Of a DNA stretch of 64,000 bases, positions 28,678 through 39,086 are shown piece after piece. The notes below the pieces were generated by a model that saw only the letters and a list, made by a program, of their open reading frames with translations, had not been told where the DNA came from and searched no databases. The translations under genes were made by a program, and so were the position numbers. Source of the stretch: a virus; IMG/VR virus record IMGVR_UViG_3300044641_005939, positions 5,498 through 69,497 of that record. One strand, given 5' to 3'. How positions within the stretch are numbered: the first letter of the stretch is position 1; the number at the start of each line of letters is the position of its first letter.

Positions 28678-30870
28678 ATGTCGGCTCTACAAGAACTACA
28701 GAATTATACATTTGTTAGTAAATATGCTCGCTGGTTGGAAAACAAACAACGTAGAGAAACATGGAAAGAGGCGGTTGAACGAGTCAAGAATATGATGCAT
28801 GAGAAATATGCCAACGATAATATCTCTGAAGAGATTAATTGGGCATACGATATGATGTATAAGAAAAAAGTTCTGGGATCTCAAAGAGCATTACAGTTTG
28901 GTGGAGAACCAATTCTAAAACGTCACGCTAAAATATATAATTGCACAAGTTCCTACTGTGATAGACTACGCTTTTTTCAAGAGTGCTTCTGGTTATTGTT
29001 GTGTGGTAGTGGTACTGGATTTAGTGTACAAAAGCATCACGTTTCAAAACTACCATCTTTAGAACACGAACCAGTAGAAGGCGAAGGCACTAAATATATT
29101 ATTGATGATAGTATTGAGGGGTGGGCTGATGCTCTTGGAGTTCTTTTAAGTTCTTATTTCAGCAAACCGATTGAAGAATTTAAAATGTACAAAAATACCC
29201 ATGTGGTATTTGATTATTCTAACATCAGACCAAAAGGATCATCACTAGCTTCTGGTGTTGGTAAAGCCCCAGGATATGAGCCATTAGCTAATGGTTTAGA
29301 AAAGATCAGAGCATTGTTAGATCGCTGTGTAAAGAATGAACAAAAGAAACTGCGTCCTATTGATGCTTACGATATTGTTATGCACAGTAGTGATGCTGTG
29401 TTGTCTGGTGGTGTTCGTAGAAGTGCGTCTTTAGCACTATTTAGTCCAGACGATGAAGAAATGGCTAAGGCTAAAACTGGTAACTGGTATATTGATAATC
29501 CACAAAGAGCCAGAAGTAATAATTCAGCACTATTACTCAAAGAGGAAACCACCTTTGAACAATTTGAAACATTAATGCAGTCAGTTAAAGAATTCGGAGA
29601 GCCAGGATTTATCTGGAGTGAATCTACAGAAATGATTTTTAATCCTTGTGTTGAAATTGGTATGTGGCCTATTGATGAACAGTCTGGTAAGTCTGGGTGG
29701 CAAGGATGTAATCTATCCACCATCAATTGCTCCAGCGTAACAGACGAAGAAGATTTTTATGAAAGGTGTCGTGCAGCAGCCATAATAGGTACTCTACAAG
29801 CTGGTTTTACAAAGTTGGACTATTTGGGAGAAATCAGCGAAAGAATTTTCCAAAGAGAAGCCCTTTTAGGGGTATCTTTAACTGGCACAATGGAGAAGCA
29901 CGAGTTAATACTTTCAGAAAAAGTTCTCACCAAGGGTGCCAAGATTGCTGTGGAAATAAACAAAAAGATAGCAGAAAAAATTAATATTAATCAGGCAGCA
30001 AGAGTTACTTGCTTAAAGCCAGAAGGAACATCTTCTAGTATGTTAGGAACGAGTTCGGGTATTCACCCACATCATGCTAAAAGATATATTCGCCACGTAC
30101 AGGCCAATGTTTTAGAGGCTCCCTATCAGCACTTTAAAAAATTAAACCCTCAAGCCTGTGAGAAATCGTCGTGGTCTGCTAACAACACAGACGAGGTTGT
30201 TAAATTTCCTATAGAGGTTCCAGACGGTGCAAAGCTTAGAAACCAATTACCAGCAGTAGAAATGCTTAAAGTTGTAAAAGAGACTCAAAAGAATTGGGTA
30301 AGTTCTGGTAAAAACAGAGCATTATGCACTCAAGATTATCTAAGCCACAATGTTAGTAATACTGTAACAGTCAAGCCAGATGAATGGGAAGATGTTACAA
30401 AGTTTATTTATGATAATCGTAAATATTTTGCTGGTATTAGTTTAATACCTCAAAGTGGCGATAAGGATTATCCACAAGCACCATTTACTACTGTTTACAC
30501 TAGTCGTGAGATAGTCAAGGAATACGGTGATGCTGCATTATGGTGTTCTGGACTAATAGAACTAGCACTAAATGCTTTTAATAGTAACCTGTGGTCCGCT
30601 TGCGACTATACCACTTTAAATCAAGCTAAAGATACTGATAGTCAAGATAAACTATTATTTATCACTAAAATGAAAAATTTTGCTGGTAAATATTTTGATG
30701 GTGATATTAAACGTCTAACATACTGCATGAAAGATGTTTATAACTGGAAACTTTACTGTGACCTGTTTAATAGCTTTAAAAAAGTTGATTATACGCAACT
30801 GTCTGAGGTTGAGGATAACACGACAGGAATAGAGGAAATTAGTTGCGCTGGCGGTGCATGTCTAATTTAA
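28678..30870 (+). CDS. nrdJ: Class II (B12-dependent) ribonucleotide reductase
   Basis: YNCT, GGVRRSA, NPCVEI, GCNLS, KPEGT and C-terminal CAGGAC; no beta subunit nearby. Confidence 0.9.
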   Translation: MSALQELQNYTFVSKYARWLENKQRRETWKEAVERVKNMMHEKYANDNISEEINWAYDMMYKKKVLGSQRALQFGGEPILKRHAKIYNCTSSYCDRLRFFQECFWLLLCGSGTGFSVQKHHVSKLPSLEHEPVEGEGTKYIIDDSIEGWADALGVLLSSYFSKPIEEFKMYKNTHVVFDYSNIRPKGSSLASGVGKAPGYEPLANGLEKIRALLDRCVKNEQKKLRPIDAYDIVMHSSDAVLSGGVRRSASLALFSPDDEEMAKAKTGNWYIDNPQRARSNNSALLLKEETTFEQFETLMQSVKEFGEPGFIWSESTEMIFNPCVEIGMWPIDEQSGKSGWQGCNLSTINCSSVTDEEDFYERCRAAAIIGTLQAGFTKLDYLGEISERIFQREALLGVSLTGTMEKHELILSEKVLTKGAKIAVEINKKIAEKININQAARVTCLKPEGTSSSMLGTSSGIHPHHAKRYIRHVQANVLEAPYQHFKKLNPQACEKSSWSANNTDEVVKFPIEVPDGAKLRNQLPAVEMLKVVKETQKNWVSSGKNRALCTQDYLSHNVSNTVTVKPDEWEDVTKFIYDNRKYFAGISLIPQSGDKDYPQAPFTTVYTSREIVKEYGDAALWCSGLIELALNAFNSNLWSACDYTTLNQAKDTDSQDKLLFITKMKNFAGKYFDGDIKRLTYCMKDVYNWKLYCDLFNSFKKVDYTQLSEVEDNTTGIEEISCAGGACLI

Positions 30871-30894
30871 TCCACTATTCATAAAGGGTATTCC

Positions 30895-31620
30895 TTGAGA
30901 AAAAATAAAAACATCAAAAAAAGAAATAAGACTATAAATGCTACAGACAAGATCGTTGTTCCTGAAATCTATAGAAATAGATTAAAACCAAGAACAGAAA
31001 ATCAAAGACAATTTATTATTAGTGCTGCTGAAAACAGTATTACTTTTTGTCAGGGTGTTGCTGGGTCTGGTAAAACCCATATCGCTATTGGTATGGCTAT
31101 TGAATATTTATTAGAAGAAAAAGTTAAAAAGATTATTATTACCAGACCAGTAGTAGAGAGTGGAGAAAAAATAGGCTATTTACCGGGAACAGCAGAGGAG
31201 AAACTTCATCCTTATTTGCTGCCCCTAATAGATGAAATTAATCATTTTATATCCCCAGCACTATATGCTAGTTTAAAATTAAATAATAAAATAGAAGTTG
31301 TACCATTAGGATTAATGAGAGGTCGTAATTTTCACAATGCATTTATTGTTGCTGATGAATGTCAGAACGCATCATACGATCAATTGAAAATGTTGTTGAC
31401 AAGACTAGGAAACAACAGTAAAATGATACTAACTGGTGATGTTAGTCAGTCTGACCTTCATCGTCATTTGAGGGGTGGTTTTTTTTCAATGATAGAAGCT
31501 CTTAGTGGCCTTAATGGAATTGGTATTTCTAAATTGGAATCATCTGATATTGTAAGAAATCCAATTATAGGTAAAATTTTAGGACGATTAGATTCTTACG
31601 AAGATGAATCACAAAAATAG
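30895..31620 (+). CDS. phoH: PhoH-family ATPase
   Basis: GVAGSGKT, GYLPG, MRGR, DECQN and GDVSQSD. Confidence 0.93.
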   Translation: MRKNKNIKKRNKTINATDKIVVPEIYRNRLKPRTENQRQFIISAAENSITFCQGVAGSGKTHIAIGMAIEYLLEEKVKKIIITRPVVESGEKIGYLPGTAEEKLHPYLLPLIDEINHFISPALYASLKLNNKIEVVPLGLMRGRNFHNAFIVADECQNASYDQLKMLLTRLGNNSKMILTGDVSQSDLHRHLRGGFFSMIEALSGLNGIGISKLESSDIVRNPIIGKILGRLDSYEDESQK

Positions 31621-32185
31621 TAAATGCTTAATACTAAATTCTGACTACACCCCATTAGGTATAATTAGCTGGAAAAGAGCTATGGTGTGGTCTATTAAAT
31701 ATCAAGATAGTAGTTATGGTATAGAAATCATTGATTTTTATAAAAATGACCATATCTTGGGTACTAATAATAAAAAATATCCGATACCATCAGTAGCTAA
31801 AACTCTTAACTATTTAAGGATGAGAGATGATTATGTAAAGTTCTCTAGGAAAAATTTATTTATTAGAGATAATCATAGCTGTCAATATTGTGGTATAACG
31901 CCGGGTGTCAATCACTTAACATACGATCATGTTATTCCCAAATCAAAATGGCACCATAAAAATGGATCCCCAACATCTTGGACCAATATAGTTACAGCTT
32001 GTCAACAGTGTAACAGAAAAAAGGGCAATAGAACCCCAAAAGAAGCCAATTTAAAACTAAAAACCCTACCATCAATTCCTAAAAAACACCCGAAGTACTT
32101 GCCTATCACCCACCATCTCGTTAAGATAAGATCAGAGATACCAGTAGAGTGGTCAATCTATCTTCCAGAATCTTATTATTCCTGA
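31604..32185 (+). CDS. HNH endonuclease (McrA-like)
   Basis: RDNHSCQYCG, TYDHVIP and NIVTACQQCN. Confidence 0.9.
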   Translation: MNHKNSKCLILNSDYTPLGIISWKRAMVWSIKYQDSSYGIEIIDFYKNDHILGTNNKKYPIPSVAKTLNYLRMRDDYVKFSRKNLFIRDNHSCQYCGITPGVNHLTYDHVIPKSKWHHKNGSPTSWTNIVTACQQCNRKKGNRTPKEANLKLKTLPSIPKKHPKYLPITHHLVKIRSEIPVEWSIYLPESYYS

Positions 32186-32189
32186 TATA

Positions 32190-32537
32190 ATGCCAACATA
32201 TTCTTATTTTTGCGAACATTGTAATAAAGAATTTGAACTATTCTTTTATATCAAAGATTATCAGCCAACACCAAAATGTAGTGAGTGCAAGAAAAAGTCT
32301 ATTAGACAATATGTTAAAGACGTATCAACCCTCAATGCTTCGGTTAGAAAAGCCGATAACGAACTCAAAACTATAGGCGACTTAGCAAAGAGAAACTCTG
32401 AAAGAATGAGTAGTGATGAAAAAACACATCTTTATATGAAACACAATTCTTATAAGGAAGATAAGATAGAAGAAAAACCATTACCTCAAGGAATGTCAAG
32501 AATTAAGAAGGGATCAAAGACTATATGGCCAAACTAG
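32190..32537 (+). CDS. FmdB-family zinc-ribbon protein
   Basis: MPTYSYFCEHC...CSEC. Confidence 0.82.
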   Translation: MPTYSYFCEHCNKEFELFFYIKDYQPTPKCSECKKKSIRQYVKDVSTLNASVRKADNELKTIGDLAKRNSERMSSDEKTHLYMKHNSYKEDKIEEKPLPQGMSRIKKGSKTIWPN

Positions 32538-32923
32538 ATTCTGATCAATCATTTATTTTTCACCAAAAGAATGTTGAAGATACCAAAAGAGAAATTGAGT
32601 ATTTTACTATCTTGGGCGACCATGAATTCTTAGACAGAGATAATAAGCCACGAGCCAAAACAGAAGGCAAGTCTGTTGTTGCAAAAAGTATACAAACAGA
32701 CAGCTATCCTAAAAAGTATTATATTAAGGTTGGTACTCATGGTAAAATCTTTAATCCAATTGGCTTATTTAGTGAAGGACACAACACAAAATTTCTATCC
32801 AAAATTGGCAGAAAGCAATGGGAGTTTAAAGAGGTAAACCAAAAGGTCTTTGATATGTATATAAACTTTTTAAGCACTAAAAATATTGCATGGTTAACCA
32901 ACGCAGAAAGAGAGATGCAGTAA
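32525..32923 (+). CDS. Hypothetical protein
   Basis: 132 aa coupled ORF. Confidence 0.72.
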   Translation: MAKLDSDQSFIFHQKNVEDTKREIEYFTILGDHEFLDRDNKPRAKTEGKSVVAKSIQTDSYPKKYYIKVGTHGKIFNPIGLFSEGHNTKFLSKIGRKQWEFKEVNQKVFDMYINFLSTKNIAWLTNAEREMQ

Positions 32924-33240
32924 TGGCTAAAATATCTAATACAAAAAAATATGCTATTCTTTATCTTCATGAGTCTCAAAAGAAATCGGTAGAAGATATA
33001 TCAAAAGAACTAAAGATTACCAAAGCGGTTGTGAATAGTGTTATCGAGCCAACTAAAACAATTGAAAAAGAAGATAAAACAAAGAATGTTATGATTAGAC
33101 AAACAGCAGGAAAGAAGAGTAATACGGTTAGTATTATGACTCATGCTGCTTCTCAAATATCAGATGAACATATTAAAAATATGTCAAACACCACACCGGA
33201 TACAAGTAGTTTTATTTTTCGTCCCAGATCAACTAAATAA
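32923..33240 (+). CDS. Hypothetical protein with possible N-terminal HTH
   Basis: KSVEDISKELKITKAVV; TAATG coupling. Confidence 0.65.
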   Translation: MAKISNTKKYAILYLHESQKKSVEDISKELKITKAVVNSVIEPTKTIEKEDKTKNVMIRQTAGKKSNTVSIMTHAASQISDEHIKNMSNTTPDTSSFIFRPRSTK

Positions 33241-33246
33241 TTGGTA

Positions 33247-33669
33247 ATGAATAAAAAACAATATCCTTCTAAGTATTCTAACGGCAAAAATGTTTCTGCC
33301 GCTCAGTATATTACTGAAATCATATGCGAGAATAAAGCCAAGCAGGATGGTAAAGATTTGCATTATCGTTTTTGGGTAACTCCAGAGTGGGATAAATATT
33401 ATAGAAATCAAATATCATCAGCCCACGCACTGCTCAAGAAATATTCTGATATAGCAATTGTTAAAAGCTTGAAGAACCCTAAAGCCTCAAGAATCTATTC
33501 TCTGCGAGCGCCACACCTTATAGCTATCATAGAGCAAGAACAAAAGCTTTTGGATCAGCAGAATACTGAACTATCGATTAAGCTAGAGCGTCCAGAAAAT
33601 ATTTCTTTCAATAAGAATACCACAAAAAAATCAAATAGTATTATTTCTAAATTAAAGGATCTAGAATGA
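33247..33669 (+). CDS. Hypothetical protein
   Basis: ORF upstream of recA with ATGA coupling. Confidence 0.72.
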   Translation: MNKKQYPSKYSNGKNVSAAQYITEIICENKAKQDGKDLHYRFWVTPEWDKYYRNQISSAHALLKKYSDIAIVKSLKNPKASRIYSLRAPHLIAIIEQEQKLLDQQNTELSIKLERPENISFNKNTTKKSNSIISKLKDLE

Positions 33670-34679
33670 CTCTCAAAGAAGATGTAGTGAAAACTTTTGG
33701 TGACGATATTATATTAAATGGTAATGCTATTGTAGATAGAAAAAGTGTTATTATTCCGGTTAGTCCATCTTTAGATATAGTTTTAAATGGAGGCATACCA
33801 GAAGGTAGCTTTGTGGTATTGACAGGACAACCAAAGTGTGGTAAAACAACAACCTCGTTGGACTTTGCTGCAACAGCACAAAAGCCACAATATCAAGGTA
33901 GTCTTAAAGAACCAAGAGAAGTGTACTACCTCAACATTGAAGGTCGATTGAAAAAAAGAGATTTAGAAGGCATACCGGGATTAGATCTTAATAAGTTTCA
34001 TGTAATTGGTTCTCAACAAGGTAAAATCTTACACGCCGAAGAATATCTTCAAATTGGTGAAAAAATTATCAATGAAGTTCCTGGGTGTGTTGTGATTATA
34101 GATTCATATTCAGCATTATGTACTGAAGCAGAAATTACATCTGAAATGGATAAGATGCAAAGAGCAGATGGTGCGAAACTTTTAGCTAAATTTTGTCGTA
34201 AGGTTGCTAATGTTATTCCTGTAAATAAAAATATTGTTATTGGTATTACTCACTTAATGGGTAATCCAACAGGATATGGTGCAGAGTTTAAGGAGAAAAG
34301 TGGTCAGGCTATTGCGTATCAAACAGATATTAAGTTAAGGGCCAAAACATTCAAGCCTTGGCTACTTAGTGCCGATAGTACTCAAATTGGACAAGAGATT
34401 GAGTGGCAAGTAATCTGCTCCGCATTGGGACCACCGGGAGGTAATATTACTAGCTATATTAGATATGGTCAGGGTGTTGACAAATACATGGAAGCTATCA
34501 CACTAGCATCTGATATGGGTATTATTCATAAGGGTGGTGCTTGGTATACTCTAACAGCCTTACCAGACAAGCCTAAATTTCAAGGAGCAGAAAAGGTAAG
34601 ACAATATTTATTAGAAAATGAACAGGCTTATGTAGATCTGGTTAAAAATATTAAGGATACTATGGGCATCAAATGTTAA
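33666..34679 (+). CDS. recA: RecA/UvsX-like recombinase
   Basis: SLDIVLNGGIPEG, GQPKCGKTT, IIDS and GAWY. Confidence 0.9.
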   Translation: MTLKEDVVKTFGDDIILNGNAIVDRKSVIIPVSPSLDIVLNGGIPEGSFVVLTGQPKCGKTTTSLDFAATAQKPQYQGSLKEPREVYYLNIEGRLKKRDLEGIPGLDLNKFHVIGSQQGKILHAEEYLQIGEKIINEVPGCVVIIDSYSALCTEAEITSEMDKMQRADGAKLLAKFCRKVANVIPVNKNIVIGITHLMGNPTGYGAEFKEKSGQAIAYQTDIKLRAKTFKPWLLSADSTQIGQEIEWQVICSALGPPGGNITSYIRYGQGVDKYMEAITLASDMGIIHKGGAWYTLTALPDKPKFQGAEKVRQYLLENEQAYVDLVKNIKDTMGIKC

Positions 34680-35080
34680 TTAAAGACTTAGATGGTGGTT
34701 CTCATAATTGGTTATTAACTGGTAATATGGCTAAGGGTAAAATTACAAATAAATCTTCTTTACACCTACAGGCCAGACCGTTGATTGCAAGAGTATATCC
34801 TACACTACAAATTTTAGAAGAAGTTCCAATTCCACTCAGAAAAAATGAGACACTATATTTAGATTTTTATATACCATTAAAAAAGGCTTGTTTTGAGGTT
34901 CATGGCGAACAGCACTATAAGTTTGTTCCATTTTATCATAATAATGTATTAAACTTTCTTAAGGCTCAAAAGAGAGACAAAGAAAAACAAGAATGGTGTG
35001 AATTAAATAATATTAAGTATATAGTATTAGACTATAACGAATTAGCAGACGTATGGCTGGAAAGGATAAAAAATGGTTAA
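34673..35080 (+). CDS. DUF559/Vsr-like endonuclease
   Basis: LDFYIP...FEVHGEQHY...RDKEKQEWC. Confidence 0.75.
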   Translation: MLIKDLDGGSHNWLLTGNMAKGKITNKSSLHLQARPLIARVYPTLQILEEVPIPLRKNETLYLDFYIPLKKACFEVHGEQHYKFVPFYHNNVLNFLKAQKRDKEKQEWCELNNIKYIVLDYNELADVWLERIKNG

Positions 35081-35561
35081 AACATCAAAAGAAGAAATCA
35101 AATATTGGGATGATGTTCTAGATGAATATGAACTGTCTATCGGATTACCGTCTTACAAAGATGATAGTATGTCATCGGAAGAATTAAATGGATATCTAAC
35201 CATGAATAGAGATGTTCTTGAAAAACTAGGTCCAGAAGATTGTGCTCAAATAGCATATAGATTAGCACAGTATTCCTTTCATATTCAAAGAACAATTAAT
35301 AGAGAATTAGCCAGATATAATTGGGCAGAAGAAACTATTAGGGAGACTATTGCTGACGAAATTAATAATTATAAAGGCTATGGATACGTTGAAAAGGCTG
35401 GTCAAGCTATTAAACATAATGACAAAGCTCAATCTTTGAATAGTATAAAGAAATATGCTAAACAAAGGAGCGATAGATTGTCCTATTTAGCTAATGGTAT
35501 AAAAAATTTATCAGACATTATATTATCGGTACAAAAAACAAAGGTGAAGCATGGCTCTTGA
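35073..35561 (+). CDS. Helical hypothetical protein (possible recombination mediator)
   Basis: All-helical 162 aa protein between recA and dnaB. Confidence 0.6.
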   Translation: MVKTSKEEIKYWDDVLDEYELSIGLPSYKDDSMSSEELNGYLTMNRDVLEKLGPEDCAQIAYRLAQYSFHIQRTINRELARYNWAEETIRETIADEINNYKGYGYVEKAGQAIKHNDKAQSLNSIKKYAKQRSDRLSYLANGIKNLSDIILSVQKTKVKHGS

Positions 35562-35928
35562 TAATGATGATATTCAGCAGCTAATAACTCTGCTACAAAA
35601 ATTAGTTGTTAATAGTTCAGACAATAGTACTGATGAGCCTGTTGTTAAAAAAACTAGAAAACCTAAAACCAAAAACAAGAATACTTCACAGCCTACCAAA
35701 AAGAAATTTATCAATAAGTTCAATGATATGCCAGAAATGAATATGTTTAAGGAAGATGTTGCTATTGATAAAAAACTACAGAAGGGTCCACCAACACCAA
35801 GAAACAGGCCGTTTTCTTTTGTAAAAGTTCAGTGTCGTGTTTGTGGAAAAAGTGATGAGGTTCCAGAAACTTTGGTTGAGACTATTGATAGATACAAGTG
35901 CAATAAGTGTGCGACAGGAGCAGGCTGA
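35551..35928 (+). CDS. Hypothetical protein with C-terminal zinc ribbon
   Basis: CRVC...CNKC. Confidence 0.72.
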   Translation: MALDNDDIQQLITLLQKLVVNSSDNSTDEPVVKKTRKPKTKNKNTSQPTKKKFINKFNDMPEMNMFKEDVAIDKKLQKGPPTPRNRPFSFVKVQCRVCGKSDEVPETLVETIDRYKCNKCATGAG

Positions 35929-37379
35929 TGATTTTATGTGATTCCGCAGCAGAAAGAGCTGTTTTAGCTGGTATTTGTACATATGGTGATAGTGCATATT
36001 TGGATGTTGCCGATATATTGCAGGATTCTTCTTTTACTATTGATAGCAATGCTATTATTTTTAAGTGTTTAAGAACATTATGCGAAAGACAACAAGCAAA
36101 AATTGATATTGCTTCTATTTATTCTGTAGCACAAGAACTTGAACTTTCTCATATTCTATCTAAAAAAGAAGAGGCTCAACATCTCAAGGCTATAATGGAT
36201 TTTCCAGTTAGTCTAGAGAATGTAAGAAAATTTGCAGCTAAAATTAGAAAGCTGGAAATTGCCAGACTACTAAGAAAACAACTAGAGAATACTCAAGACA
36301 AGATATTAGAAGTAACCGGGAATGAACCCATATCTTCTATCATCGGTATTGCTGAAGATAGTATTTTCAATTTCACATCACTGCTTAATGATAGTGATAG
36401 CGGTCCAGAACAAATTGGATCGTCACTAGATGAATATATTAAACAACTAGAAGAAAATAAAATTGATCAAGTTGGTATTCCTACTGGATTCCCCATTTAT
36501 GATCAGGCTATTGGTGGAGGCTTAAGAAAAGGAACTATTAATGTCATTGGAGCAAGACCCAAAACTGGTAAAACTCTACTATCAGATAATATGGGTAGGA
36601 ATATAGCTGCTCTCGGCATTCCTGTATTAAATATGGATACTGAGATGAATAAAGAAGATCATATTCATAGACTTTTAGCTATGATGACAGAGATAGAAAT
36701 TAATGCTATTGAAACTGGCAAGTTTGCAGAATCGCCAGATAAAAAGAATAAAATATCAAAAGCTGTTGAATCCCTAAAAGCTACAAAGCTATATCACAAA
36801 AGTATTGCTGGTAAGCCGTTTGAAGATCAACTAGCTATTATGCGTAGGTGGTTAGTTAAAGAAGTAGGATTAAATGATGATGGCACAGCTAAGGATTGTG
36901 TCATTTTTTATGATTATCTCAAGCTTATGGATAGTGCTGGTATGAATCAGGATCTGAAAGAGTATCAGGTTTTAGGCTTTATGATGACCAGTTTACATAA
37001 CTTTGCTGTGAGATACAAGGTTCCTATTGTGGCTTTCATACAGTTGAATAGAGATGGTATTACAAAGGAAAGCACAGATTCTGCGAGTGGTTCTGACAGA
37101 ATCATTTGGTTGTGTAGTAACTTTAGTATCTTTAAGCGTAAGAGCGACGAAGAAATAGCAGAAGATGGATCAGAAAATGGAAACAGAAAACTATTGCCAC
37201 TTATTAGTCGGCATGGTGGTGGTTTGGACGATAATGACTATATTAATTGTAACATGAAGGGCTGGTGTGCTAAAATTATAGAAGGTAAAACACACCTAGA
37301 AATTAAAAACAATCTCAAATCTAGTGACGAAGGCTTTGTTGTAGACGATGAAGACAATGACCAAATCCCGTTTGAATGA
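35928..37379 (+). CDS. dnaB: Replicative DNA helicase DnaB
   Basis: AERAVLAG, GIPTGF, GARPKTGKT, DYLKLM and QLNR. Confidence 0.93.
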   Translation: MILCDSAAERAVLAGICTYGDSAYLDVADILQDSSFTIDSNAIIFKCLRTLCERQQAKIDIASIYSVAQELELSHILSKKEEAQHLKAIMDFPVSLENVRKFAAKIRKLEIARLLRKQLENTQDKILEVTGNEPISSIIGIAEDSIFNFTSLLNDSDSGPEQIGSSLDEYIKQLEENKIDQVGIPTGFPIYDQAIGGGLRKGTINVIGARPKTGKTLLSDNMGRNIAALGIPVLNMDTEMNKEDHIHRLLAMMTEIEINAIETGKFAESPDKKNKISKAVESLKATKLYHKSIAGKPFEDQLAIMRRWLVKEVGLNDDGTAKDCVIFYDYLKLMDSAGMNQDLKEYQVLGFMMTSLHNFAVRYKVPIVAFIQLNRDGITKESTDSASGSDRIIWLCSNFSIFKRKSDEEIAEDGSENGNRKLLPLISRHGGGLDDNDYINCNMKGWCAKIIEGKTHLEIKNNLKSSDEGFVVDDEDNDQIPFE

Positions 37380-38499
37380 TCAGCTAAAGTTAAAGATAGT
37401 CTGTGATGAGGTGTGTGATAATATTGAATCATTATTATCTATACTAAATCTAGAATATAAATTTAACCATAAGATGATTACAATGGCGTGTCCCATTCAT
37501 GGTGGAGATAATCTCTCCGCACTTAACCTATATCCAGAGGGCGAAAGCTATCGTGGTAATTGGAAGTGTAGAACTCATGGATGTGAAAAAACATTTAAAG
37601 GTTCAGTAATAGGTTTTATTAGAGGAGTATTATCGAGTCAAAAATATGGCTGGGAAAAACCAGGAGATGATACCTGTTCTTTTCAAGAAGCTGTAAACTT
37701 TGCTACAAGTTTTATTAATAAAGATATTAGCGACATCAAAATATCTAAAATAGACAGAGAAAAGAAACAATTTACAAGCGTTATAAATTATTTGCAACCA
37801 GACAATACTCCTCAACAACACGAGGTAACACGCAAGCAGATTGTTAAATCTTTAAGTATTCCAGCACAGTATTATCTAGACAGAAATTACTCATCGGATA
37901 TTCTAGTAAAATATGATGTTGGTTTGTGCGATAAAATTGGTAAAGAAATGTATAATAGAATAGTGGTACCAATATATAATATGGAATATACCCATATGGT
38001 TGGTTGTACCGGCAGAAGCATTTTTGAAAAATGTTCACAATGTAAAGGCCACCACAGCCCAACAGATTCTTGTCCAACACCAGATGATATATGGAAGCAC
38101 TGCAAATGGAAACACAATTATGAGTTCAAAAGCCAAAACCACCTATATAATTTCTGGTTTGCTAAAGAATTCATACTAAAAACACACACAGCTATTATAG
38201 TAGAAAGTCCGGGAAATGTTTGGAGACTAGAAGAAAGCGGTATTCACAATAGTGTGGGTATTTTTGGATCTTCCCTAAGCGATAGACAAAAGATATTATT
38301 AGACTCGTCTGGCGCTATGAATCTGATTATATTAACTGATAATGATGAGGCTGGTCGTAAAGCAGCAGAACAGATTAAAGCCAAATGTCAAAACACATAC
38401 AGAATATTTATACCACAAATCAATAAGTCAGATATTGGTGAAATGACCGTGGAAGAAATTAATAAAGAAATTAAACCATATTTAGAAAGTATAGTATGA
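37348..38499 (+). CDS. dnaG: DNA primase (CHC2 zinc finger + TOPRIM)
   Basis: CPIHGGDN...WKCRTHGC, RIVVPI, IVES and TDNDEAGRKA. Confidence 0.88.
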   Translation: MKTMTKSRLNDQLKLKIVCDEVCDNIESLLSILNLEYKFNHKMITMACPIHGGDNLSALNLYPEGESYRGNWKCRTHGCEKTFKGSVIGFIRGVLSSQKYGWEKPGDDTCSFQEAVNFATSFINKDISDIKISKIDREKKQFTSVINYLQPDNTPQQHEVTRKQIVKSLSIPAQYYLDRNYSSDILVKYDVGLCDKIGKEMYNRIVVPIYNMEYTHMVGCTGRSIFEKCSQCKGHHSPTDSCPTPDDIWKHCKWKHNYEFKSQNHLYNFWFAKEFILKTHTAIIVESPGNVWRLEESGIHNSVGIFGSSLSDRQKILLDSSGAMNLIILTDNDEAGRKAAEQIKAKCQNTYRIFIPQINKSDIGEMTVEEINKEIKPYLESIV

Positions 38500-39086
38500 C
38501 TCAGATTATTGCTTTTGCTGGACGTAAACAGTCTGGTAAAACCACCTGTTCAGAATTTGTTACTAAATATCTGAATGGTACGGTGAAGCCATTCAATAGT
38601 ACCAAAATATATAATTTTGCTGATCCTCTAAAAAAAGATATTTGTATGAATATTTTAAACATGAGTGAACAACAATGTTATGGAACAGATGATGATAAGA
38701 ATACTACAACAGAGTGTTATCTTGATGGTAAACAACTAACAGCCAGAGAAGTAATGCAATATGTTGGCACTAACTTTTTTCGTAAGATGAAACACGATGT
38801 TTGGTCTTCTGCTACTATTAACAAGATTAAGCTAGAAAATCCCGGCTTTGCTATTATTGCAGATTGTAGGTTTCCTAATGAGGTTGAGGCGATACGAAAT
38901 GCTGGTGGTTTAATTATTAAGCTTACCAGAAATCCATATCATTCTGATCATGAGAGCGAAATAGCATTAGACCCTCAGAACTATGATCATAATAATTTTG
39001 ATCTAGTGGTGGATAATGCACAGATGTCTATACCAGAACAAAATCTTGTGATTCAAACATTTCTACAACAAAAAGGTTTTATTTAA
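38496..39086 (+). CDS. Deoxynucleoside monophosphate kinase
   Basis: GRKQSGKTT, FADPLK, REVMQYVGT, DCRFPNE and HESE. Confidence 0.88.
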   Translation: MTQIIAFAGRKQSGKTTCSEFVTKYLNGTVKPFNSTKIYNFADPLKKDICMNILNMSEQQCYGTDDDKNTTTECYLDGKQLTAREVMQYVGTNFFRKMKHDVWSSATINKIKLENPGFAIIADCRFPNEVEAIRNAGGLIIKLTRNPYHSDHESEIALDPQNYDHNNFDLVVDNAQMSIPEQNLVIQTFLQQKGFI

